Of a stretch of DNA of 64,000 bases, positions 54,346 through 64,000 are shown piece after piece. Position 1 is the first letter of the stretch; every line of letters starts with the position of its first letter. The position numbers and the translations under genes were made by a program. Origin of the DNA: an uncultured delta proteobacterium (GTDB taxonomy: Bacteria; Desulfobacterota; Binatia; UBA9968); assembly GCA_963847445.1 (NCBI GenBank), contig CAWJZV010000045.1, positions 64,001 through 128,000 on the forward strand. The letters are read 5' to 3'. The notes below the pieces were generated by a model that saw only the letters and a list, made by a program, of their open reading frames with translations, did no database searches and had not been told where the DNA came from.

Positions 54346-56392
54346 ATGGAAAACCCTATACAAACCGATTTCATACGCTGGATCGTGTTCCTGCCGTTGC
54401 TCGGCGCCATCGTCAACGGCCTGCTCGGCGCCAAGATTCAAAAGAGCTTGGGCAAGGGCGCCATCGGCGTGATCGCCTGTACGCCGGTGATCGTTGCCTT
54501 CGTGCTGTCCGTCAACGCCTTTCTTACGCTCAAAGGGCTGGCGCCGGAGAAGCGCTTTCTCATCGACAACCTTTATCGCTGGATCGACCTCGGCTCGCTG
54601 CAGGTCGACATGGCGTTTCTCAGTCGACCCGCTGTCCTGCGGTGATGATCCTGGTCGTCACCGGCATCGGCGGGCTCATCCATATCTACTCCACCGGCTA
54701 CATGCACGACGACAAGGCGTTCTGGCGCTTCTTCGCTTATCTCAATCTTTTCACCGCGGCGATGCTGACCTTGGTGCTGGGCGACAGCCTGCTCTTGCTG
54801 TTCGTCGGCTGGGAAGGCGTCGGGTTATGCTCCTACGCGCTGATCGGTTTTTGGTATCACGACCACGCCAACGCCCGCGCCGGCAATAAAGCTTTCATCG
54901 TCAACCGGGTCGGCGACTTCGGCTTTGTCCTCGGCATGTTTTTGTTGTTCTGGTCGCTCGACGCGCAGGGCCATGGCTCGCTGACCATTCGCGAGATGGC
55001 CAAATGGGCGCCGTCGATCAAGGATTCGCTCATTTGGGGTTGGCCAGTCGTTACCGTTGCCACGCTTTTCCTGTTCGTCGGCGCTACCGGTAAGTCGGCG
55101 CAGATTCCGCTCTTCGTCTGGCTGCCTGACGCGATGGCCGGACCGACGCCGGTCAGCGCGCTGATCCACGCCGCGACCATGGTCACCGCCGGCGTTTACA
55201 TGACCGCGCGGATGAACGTGTTCTTTTCCATGGCACCGGCGACGTTACACGTCATCGCGATCATCGGTGTCGCCACCGCGCTACTGGCGGCGACCATCGC
55301 GCTGACGCAAAACGATATCAAAAAAGTTCTCGCCTACTCGACGGTCAGTCAGCTCGGCTACATGTTCATCGGCGTCGGCGTCGGCGGTTACGCGGCCGGC
55401 GGTATTTCACCTGATGACCCACGCTTTTTTCAAAGCCTGTCTCTTCCTCGGCGCCGGCAGCGTGATTCACGCCATGCACCACGAGCAGGACATGCGCAAG
55501 ATGGGCGGGCTGAAACAGTGGATGCCGATTACCTTCGGGACGTTCTTCATCTCGATGCTCGCCATCGCCGGCTTCCCGCCGTTCGCCGGCTTCTTCTCCA
55601 AGGATGAAATTCTCTGGCTGGCGTTCACCAGCGAACATGGCAACAAGGCGGTATGGTTCTTGGCCCTGTGCGGCGCGGGCATGACGGCGTTCTACATGTT
55701 CCGCCAGTTGTTCATGACCTTTTACGGCGAGTGCCGCGCCGATCACCACACCCAGGAACACTTGCACGAATCGCCGTCGGTGATGACCATGCCGCTGGTG
55801 GTCTTGGCGATCGGCGCCGTGTTCGCCGGTTTGATCGGTTTGCCTGGCGTCTTGGGCGGCAGCCAGTTCGCCCACTGGTTGGCGCCGGTGATTCACGCTC
55901 ATGGCGAGAGCCATGCCTCCCATGCGCTCGAGTGGGGTTTGATGGCGGTTTCGGTTGCCGTCGCATCCTTCGGCGTCTTGATCGCCTTTCTCATGTACCG
56001 GCGCGAATCCATGTCGCCGGACACTTTCGTCAATCTCGCCGGCGGCCTGCCGTACCGCTTGTTCGATCGTAAATGGTACTGTCGACGAGATCTATCAAAC
56101 GGTTTTCGTCAATGGCACCTTGGTGCTGGCGCGCTTCTGGTCGGCCTTCGATGCCTATATCGTCGACGGCATCGTCAATGGCGTGGCGGCGTTGACCCGC
56201 TTCGTCGCCTGGCTCAACGGCCTGTTCGATACTTATATCATCGACGCTCTGGTCAATGCGCTGGCCAATGTAACTTACTGGCTGGGCAATCGATTTCGCC
56301 GGCTACAGACCGGCAACATCAACGGTTATCTCTACGGCATCATCATCGCGATGGCGGTGGCCGTGTTCGTCAAAGTCCGATACTGGAGCTGA
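54346..56392 (+). CDS. nuoL: NADH-quinone oxidoreductase subunit L (frameshifts)
   Basis: [47 protein letters not shown]. Confidence 0.95.
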
Positions 56393-56405
56393 TTTTTACT
56401 GGAGC

Positions 56406-57934
56406 ATGGAGAAGATGCAAAATATTCTCACCTACATGACGTTTATTCCGCTGGCAGGGGCGGCGGTGGTTCTGGCATTGCCCAACAACGCCAAGCTGGT
56501 GCGCTGGTTTTCCGCCATCGTCACCGTGCCGCCGCTGCTGATGGCGATCTGGCTGTTCAATAATTTCGACCGCACCACGGCTAAATTTCAGTTCGTTGAG
56601 GACTATCATTGGATTCCCGCCTACAACATTAGCTACACCATGGGCGTCGACGGCCTGAGTATTTCCATGGTGCTGCTCACGGCGCTGCTCAGCTTCCTCT
56701 GCATCTTCGCTTCGTTTGGCATCGAAAAGGCGGTCAAAGGTTACTTCGCGCTGTTTCTCATGCTCGACGCCGGCATGATGGGCGTGTTTTGTGCTCTCGA
56801 CTTCTTTCTTTTCTACGTCTTCTGGGAAGTCATGCTGTTGCCGATGTATTTTCTCATCGGCATTTGGGGCGGGCCGCGCCGCGAGTATGCCGCCATCAAG
56901 TTTTTTCTCTACACCTTGTTCGGCAGCGTGTTGATGCTGTTGGCGATTCTCGCGCTCTATTTCACCGTCGAACCGCACACCTTCGACATGCGTATCATGA
57001 TGGCCCAGGCGAGCAAGTACAGCACCGCGGTGTTGCCGATGTGGCCGTTTAACGGGTGGGGTTGGAGTTTCCAGCATGCGATCTGGCTGGCGCTGTTCAT
57101 CGGCTTCGCGATCAAGATCCCGGCCTTTCCGTTCCATACCTGGTTGCCCGACGCCCACGTCGAGGCGCCGACGGCGATCTCGGTTATCCTCGCCGGCGTG
57201 CTCTTGAAGATGGGCACCTACGGCATCCTGCGCATCAACTTTCCCATGCTGCCGGTGGCGACCGCCGACTTGGCCTTCTGGTTTCTCGGCGCGCTCGGCG
57301 CTTGGAACATCATCTACGGCGCGCTCTGCGCCATGGCGCAGAAAGATCTGAAAAAGCTCGTCGCCTACTCCAGCGTCAGCCACATGGGTTACGTCATGCT
57401 CGGCATGGCGAGCTTCACCACCCAGGGCATGAACGGCGCGGTGTTGCAGATGTTCAACCACGGCACCATCACCGGCATGCTGTTCCTCCTGGTCGGCGTC
57501 GTCTACGACCGGGCACATCATCGCGACATCGACGGCTTCGGCGGTTTGGCGGCGATCATGCCGGTCTACACCGGCATGACCGCGCTGGCCTTCTTCGCCT
57601 CCATGGGACTGCCTGGACTTTCCGGCTTCATCTCGGAGATCTTGGTCCTGCTCGGCACCTGGCAAAAGTATCCGGTGCTGACGATCCTCGGCGCCAGCGG
57701 TGTCATTCTGACCGCCGGTTATCTGCTCTGGACGATGCAGCGAGTTTACCTCGGGACCGCCCAATGAAAAGTATCTCGACCATGGCCGAGATCAACGGCC
57801 GCGAGATCTTCACGCTGGTGCCGTTGGGCGTCATCGTCATCGTCGTCGGCGTCTATCCCGCCGTGGTGCTCGACATGCTGCGCACGACCTTGGATTCAAT
57901 CAACGCAATCGTCATTCCGCACCTGCACGGCTAG
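56406..57934 (+). CDS. nuoM: NADH-quinone oxidoreductase subunit M (frameshift near 57760)
   Basis: [37 protein letters not shown]. Confidence 0.95.
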
Positions 57935-57937
57935 ACC

Positions 57938-59423
57938 ATGGATCTGAAGAACGTCGCGAGCCTCACTTACTTTTGTCCGGAGATCGTTCTCTCCGCGACG
58001 ATCTTGCTGATCATCGTGCTCGATCTGCTGGCGCAGAGCCGGCGGTGGCCGGCGGCGGTGGCGTTGATCGGTTGTCTGAGCGCGCTGATCGTTTCCTTCG
58101 ATCTGTACAGCGCCCAGCCAGGCTTGCTGTTCCACCGCATGATCGTGCTCGACAACTTCAGCATCTTCTTCAAAGTGTTTTCACTGGCGGCGACGATCCT
58201 GTGCATTCTCATGTCCATCGGCAGCAAGGAAATCGACCGGGTCCATGAGGCCGAGTATTATGCTTTGCTGCTGACCTGCACGCTCGGCATGTTTTTCATG
58301 GCGTCGTCGAGCAATCTCTTGATGGCCTATCTGTCCCTCGAAATGGTCAGCCTCGGCTCCTACGTCCTGACCGGCTTCTTGCCCCATAGCCGGCGCTCCA
58401 GCGAAGCGGCGCTGAAATATTTAATCTACGGCGGCGTCGCGTCGGGCACGATGATCTACGGCATGAGCTGGATCTTCGGCATGACCGGCAGTTTGGACTA
58501 TGCCGCGATTCAGGTCGCCCTCAGCCAAGAGGGACGTCAACAAAGCCGCGCTGTTCATGGCGTTTATTTTCATCCTGGCCGGCTTTGGCTACAAGATCGT
58601 TTTCTTTCCGTTCCACATGTGGTCGCCGGATGTCTATCAAGGCGCGCCAACCCCGTTCACGGCGTTCCTCTCGGTGGCGTCCAATGCCGCCGGCTTGGCG
58701 ATCATGATTCGTTTCTTTTTCCCCGGTGTTTCCAAGCTCTTGCCTTCGGGGGATTGGGCTTTCACGGCGGGTGTCGAATGGCCGCAAGTGCTGCTAGCTC
58801 TCAGCATGCTGACCATGACCATCGGCAATCTTTGCGCGCTCAACCAGCGCAACGTCAAGCGCATGCTGGCCTATTCGGGCATCGCCCATGCCGGTTACAT
58901 GATGATGGGTTTGGCGATTCTCAATAACGAAGGGTTGGCGGCGATTCTGTTCTACGCGGTGGTCTACTTGATCATGAACCTCGGCGCCTTTCTGGTCGTC
59001 GGCATGATCGCCAACGTCACCGGCGATGAAGACATCGACGATTACCGCGGTCTCGCCTGGCGCGGCGCCGCGGTGCCGGCGATTTGCTTGGCGATCTTTC
59101 TTTTCTCGCTGACCGGTCTGCCGCCGTTCGCCGGTTTCATCGGCAAATTCTTCTTGTTCTCGGCGGTAATAAAGCAAGGCGGCGCCTTCGCAGTCCTGGC
59201 CATCGTCGCCGCGCTCAACAGCGTTATATCGCTTTATTACTACGCCAAGATCGTCAAGATCATGTTCCTCGATTCGCCCTTGCCGGAAGATAAGCAAATC
59301 TCCCTGGCCAAAAATGATTTCGCCCTGCTCCTACCGCTGACCGGGTTAACCATCCTGCTCGGCGTCTACTTCGGGCCGCTGGTGCAGTATACCAACCTCT
59401 CGTTGCAGTTTTACATCAAGTAG
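57938..59423 (+). CDS. nuoN: NADH-quinone oxidoreductase subunit N (frameshift near 58530)
   Basis: EAALKY, PFHMWSPDVYQGAPTP, KRMLAYSGIAHAGY. Confidence 0.95.
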
Positions 59424-59513
59424 CATTCCAAGGCGGAAAATTTATTAATTCCAAGGGCGCAGCATGCTGCGCCCTTGGTTTTTGCCACGGTTAAACCCAG
59501 AGCCGCCGCGGGT

Positions 59514-60164
59514 TCATGTACTCGACGGTGGGATGATACCGGCGACCTTGTCGGCCGAGGCGGTGACTTCGTCGAGGGATGCGCGGATTTTTTCCAGGGC
59601 GGCTTCGTCGGACATCTCCTGAGAAACCGCGAACGGTTCGCCATAGGCGACGATATTTTGGGAAAACGGTTTTGGTAAGAGATAACGATCCCAGGAGCGC
59701 AGAAACAGCGGCCATGAACTTGAAAAACTGATCGGCAGAATCCAGGCTCCGGTTATGCGCGCCAAGCGCACGACGCCGGCTTGAACGACATGAACCGGCC
59801 CGCGCGGCCCATCGACGGTGAGCGCGACGTTGTGACCCAGACGCACTTGGCGGACCATGCGGCGCAACGCTTCGCTGCCGCCACGGCTGGTCGACCCACG
59901 GGTGACTAGATATCCGTTGTTTTCAAGCCAGCGCGTGACGATGTTGCCGTCGAGCGACTTGGAAGCCATGGTGACGATGCTTTGGTGCCGGTGCGCATCG
60001 ATGGGCAAAAACATGCGGCCATGCCAAAGGGCAAACAGGATCGGCACGCGCCGGGCTTGCAGCTCCGTATAGTGCCGGCTATTCAACACCTTGACGCGTA
60101 GGGTCGCGCGCAGCAGCGCTATGCCCAGTCCCATCAAGGGTGTGAGAATCGTCGAACTCGTCAC
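59514..60164 (-). CDS. DUF374 / lysophospholipid acyltransferase family protein
   Basis: LWHGR, RGSTSRGG, TVDGPRGP, WDRYLLPKPFS. Confidence 0.85.
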   Translation of the reverse strand: MTSSTILTPLMGLGIALLRATLRVKVLNSRHYTELQARRVPILFALWHGRMFLPIDAHRHQSIVTMASKSLDGNIVTRWLENNGYLVTRGSTSRGGSEALRRMVRQVRLGHNVALTVDGPRGPVHVVQAGVVRLARITGAWILPISFSSSWPLFLRSWDRYLLPKPFSQNIVAYGEPFAVSQEMSDEAALEKIRASLDEVTASADKVAGIIPPSST

Positions 60165-60429
60165 GTCGGTGTCCTTAACGGTTGGGTTCTTGCGGGGAAG
60201 CTGTCGGTCGAGTTACTCATCCCACGATGCCGCAATAATAACGATACAATACTAACTCGTTGCTTCAATGACCGGCGGCAAATTTTTCATTTGAACCTCG
60301 TTCTCGTCGCAGCGCGCCTGTCAATCGCCTATCCGCGCCTCGTGGCTTGACAACCTGGCGGGGGCCAAATAACTAGGAGCGAGGTTCAATAGCTTCGTGA
60401 GCGATTCATCCATACCTGCGGGAGGGTTC

Positions 60430-61411
60430 ATGTTAGACAAGGCGAAACGCAAGGCGATGCTCAAGCAAATGGTTTTGCTGCGCGCTTTCGAGGAGAAACT
60501 CGAAGAGCTTTACCAGCGCAAGGCGATGTTCGGCAGCACCCATTCCTACCGCGGCCAAGAGGCAATCGCCGTGGGGGTTTGTTCGGCGTTGCAGTCGACC
60601 GATTTGATCGCCAGCTATCACCGCGGCACCGGCCATTTGATTGCGAAAGGCGCGGACTTGTACACGCTGCTGTGCGAATGCATGGGGCGCGAGGAAGGTT
60701 ATTCCAAAGGACGCGGCGGCAAGATGCATATGGGCGACATGGCGTTCGGCTTCATCGGCAACACCGGCACGGTGGGCGGCACGGTGCCGACGGCTACCGG
60801 TGCGGCGCTGTCGGCCAAAGTGCGCGGCTCGAATGAAGTGGTCGTGAGCTTTTTCGGCGACGGCGCGGCCAATCAAGGCGTCGTCCATGAAGCGATGAAT
60901 CTCGCCGGCGTGTGGAAGCTGCCGGTGATTTACGTCTGCGAAAACAATCAGTACGCCATGACCGTGAGCTTGGCGAAGAGCGTCGCGGTGAAACAGCTCT
61001 CCGTGCGCGGCGCGGCTTACGGCTTCGAGGGTAAAACCGTCGACGGCAATGACGTCGAAGCGGTGTACGAGGCGACCGAGCTGGCTGCGGCTTAAAGGAC
61101 GCAACGGCGACGGTGCGACGTTTCTCGAATGTGTGACTTACCGTTGGGACGGTCACTTTGGCGGCGATCCAGGAACCGCCTATCGGACCAAGGAAGAAAT
61201 CGAATCGTGGAAGCAAAAGTGTCCGATCAAACGGCTCAAAGAAAAGTTGATCGCCGAAGGCCATTTGACCGAAGCGGAATTTCAGAAAATGTCCGATGAA
61301 GTGTACGCCGATCTCGCGGCGGTGGCCAAGCGCGCCGAAGCCGCGCCGCTGCCCAAGAAAGCAGTCGATCTCACTGCCATCTATGCGCCGCTCGAGGTGA
61401 CCCATGGCTAA
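60430..61411 (+). CDS. TPP-dependent 2-oxoacid/acetoin dehydrogenase E1 alpha subunit (frameshift near 61092)
   Basis: GQEA, GRGGKMH, TPP motif GDGAANQG...NNQY, TYRWDGH. Confidence 0.92.
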
Positions 61412-62419
61412 TGCAGCAGCGACAGTTGCAACCAAAGAGCTGCGCATGCAGGAAGCGCTGCGCGAGGCGCTGCGTTCCGAGATGGCGCGCGATGAGCGCG
61501 TGTTTGTCATGGGCGAAGATGTCGCGCTGTTTGGCGGCGCTTACGGCGTCACGCGCGGCTTGATTCAAGAGTTCGGCGACAAGCGCGTGCTCGACACGCC
61601 GATCTCCGAGTCTGCGTTGGTCGGTCTGGCGGTCGGCGCGGCGATCAACGGCATGCGGCCAGTGGTGGAAATTCAGTTCGCCGATTTGCTGCCGCTCGCC
61701 ATGGATCAGTTGGCGAGCATGCGGCGCGTTATCATTATATGACTGGCGGGCGAGTGAACGTGCCGATGGTGATACGCACCAAGTTCGCCACTCGCGCCGG
61801 CGGCGGTCCGAGTCACTCGAGCTGCAACCATGGCGCGTTCATCCATTTCCCCGGCTTGAAGATCGCCATGCCGACCACGCCCGCCGACGCCAAAGGGATG
61901 TTGCTGTCGGCGATCCGCGATCCCAACCCGGTGCTGTTCTTTGAAAGCCATCATCTCTACGGGGTGCGCGGTCCGGTGCCGGAAGGCGACTACACCGTGC
62001 CGATCGGCAAAGCGGTGGTGCGTCGCGCCGGCAAAGACCTAACCATCGTCACCTGCGGCGGCATGGTCTTGAAAGCCGACGCTGCGGCGGAGCAGTTGAA
62101 ATCAAAAGGCATCGATATCGAGATCGTCGATCTGCGCTCGCTCGCGCCATTGGACAATGAAACGATTCTGACTTCCGTCGCCAAAACCAAACGCGCCATC
62201 GTCCTCGACGAAGGGCCGATGATCGGCGGACTCTCCGCCGAGCTGGCGGCGCTGATTCAAGAAAATCTGTTCGCGGATTTAAAAGGGCCAGTGGTGCGCA
62301 TCGCCGCACAGCCGATCCCGCCGCCGCATAGCCCGCCGCTGGTCGATGCTATGATTCCCGATGTCGATCAAGTGGTCGATGCGGTGATGCGCTTGGCCGA
62401 GGGCGGAAAGCTCGCCTGA
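61404..62419 (+). CDS. 2-oxoacid/acetoin dehydrogenase E1 beta subunit (frameshift near 61725)
   Basis: GEDV, DTPISE, EIQFADL, DLRSLAPLD. Confidence 0.92.
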
Positions 62420-62512
62420 TTGCCGACTTCAGCACTGACAAATCTTCTCCGAACAAGCTCGCGTTGACGGTGGATTTAGCGTCGAACTATCTCAAACCGG
62501 TACGAATCGTTC

Positions 62513-63932
62513 ATGAAGCTCGGTAGATTTTCATTTGCTTGTCCGTTCTCTAGAGCGAATCTTACCGCACGCTTCGCCTTTTATAGTTTTCTCTGCATCG
62601 GTATTATGACAACGGCGCTGTGGTTTGTCGTTTCACAATATCTGACCCAACAAATTTTGGAGCGAGAGTGGGAAATCACTGCGCAAATGCTGCGGGCAGA
62701 TGTTAAGCAGCTTTGGTTGATTACGACTTTCAAGCGACAGACCGGAAATCGGTTGGCCACAAGTTCGAAGAATTGCTGCGGCATGTCACTTTGATGCCGG
62801 AGATCACCCGCTTCAAGGTTTATAACCCCAAAGGCGTGGTGATCTGGTCGGACGACAAACGGCTGGTCGGCCAATCCTTCGCCGATAACGAGGAGTTGCG
62901 CGAGGCGCTGGAGGGAAAAGTTGTCGCGGATATGACCTCGCTTAAGAAAGGCCGAGAACCTCTTCGATCAAACCCCGATCGGCAGCGCCATTGAAATCTA
63001 TGTGCCGATTTACGCCGAGAGCAAAGAGCTCCTGGGCGTGATCGAGATCTATAAACGGCCGGAAATTTTGTTTCGCGACATCGCCAGGCACGCATGATGG
63101 TGCTGCTTGCCACCCTCGGCGGCGGCGTGCTGCTGTATATTTCCTTATTCGCCATCGTCCGTCAGGCGGCGAAACAGATCGACGAGCAGCAGGAAAATTT
63201 GCTCAAGATGCAATCCGAGTTGGTCGCCTCCCAGCGCATGGCGGCGGTGGGCGAAATCGCCGCCGCGGTGGCGCATGGGATCGGCAATCCGCTGTCATCG
63301 ATCCGCGCCGCGGCGCAGGTGGCGATGTTAGATGCTAAGGCCGAATCCGATCCGGAGCACATACAGAAGACCAGCGCGAATTTGCAACGGATCATGGAGC
63401 AGGTCGACCGGGTGCAAAAACGCATGCAGGGGTTGCTCAATTTCGCCAAGCCGATGGAACCCCATCCCGTTCCAGGTGGAGCTGAACTTGTTGGTCCACG
63501 ATGTCGTCGATATATTACGACCTCGATTTGCCGACGCCGGGGTGCGGACGAAATTGGAACTCGCGCCAAATATTCCTAAATTAACCTTGGATGCGAACCA
63601 AGCGGAACAGGTGCTTATGGGATTGGTCACCAACGCGTTGGAGGCCACTCCCAAAGACGGCACCGTGACGATTCGGACAAAGACCGACGCGGGAAATGGC
63701 GCGTCACCGAAGGTCGTGGTTTCTGTTGAGGATACCGGCGAAGGCATTCCGATCGAGAATCGCGAGAAAGTTTTCGAACCGTTTTTTACCACCAAGTCCT
63801 ATGGCACGGGAATCGGATTGCCGCTTGGCGAAGAAGTTTGTCGAGCGCAACGGCGGCAAGATCGCCATCGCCGACACGCCGTCGGGTGGCGCTAAGATCG
63901 ATGTTAGATTTCCCTGGCAGCAATTCAACTGA
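62513..63932 (+). CDS. Membrane-bound sensor histidine kinase (multiple frameshifts)
   Basis: Two TM helices, H-box VAHGIGNPL, N-box NALEA, DTGEGI, FFTTKSYGTGIGL. Confidence 0.88.
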
Positions 63933-64000
63933 GTTTTTAATCTAATATTCCCCGCAGCTTGCTGCGGGCACAAAATTGCTGGGGTTTCCAAAGGGGGTTG

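Noticed and set aside
49986-57764. Long antisense ORFs (for example 49986..51341 and 56370..57764) and similar shadow ORFs elsewhere
   Set aside because: They are the expected by-product of high-GC codon bias opposite real genes and show no protein motifs.
32622-63932. Widespread pseudogenisation or programmed frameshifting in bio, ppk1, nuo, larC and other genes
   Set aside because: Dozens of isolated single-base indels with otherwise intact motifs, including in respiratory genes, fit long-read consensus errors better than gene decay.

Overview
GC-rich bacterial chromosomal window. The paralogous amidohydrolase-2 and NMT1/SsuA-type binding proteins, the F420 genes and the many short palindromic repeats suggest a Binatia/Deltaproteobacteria-like genome; this is an inference. 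Many conserved genes are split by single-base indels, most likely uncorrected long-read errors. The core content is a repeat-expanded coiled-coil protein behind a sigma54-type promoter, hisC, a CNNM/hemolysin protein, recD2, an F420 cluster (cofG-cofD-cofC-cofE-npdG), an ECF sigma/anti-sigma locus, radA, bioF-bioA-bioD, ppk1, larC, an 11-subunit complex I operon lacking nuoEFG, an E1 alpha/beta pair and a histidine kinase. The most notable region is a ~7.5 kb accessory island downstream of tRNA-Leu(CAA) at about 23270-30827. It holds a coupled two-gene unit: a calcineurin-like metallophosphoesterase plus a single-chain trypsin protease-TIR-TPR-SLOG-like protein with intact catalytic residues, which is a candidate undescribed Thoeris-like or protease-based defence system. 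The island also carries a Fic AMPylase preceded by five exactly 24-bp-spaced repeats, and a GST.
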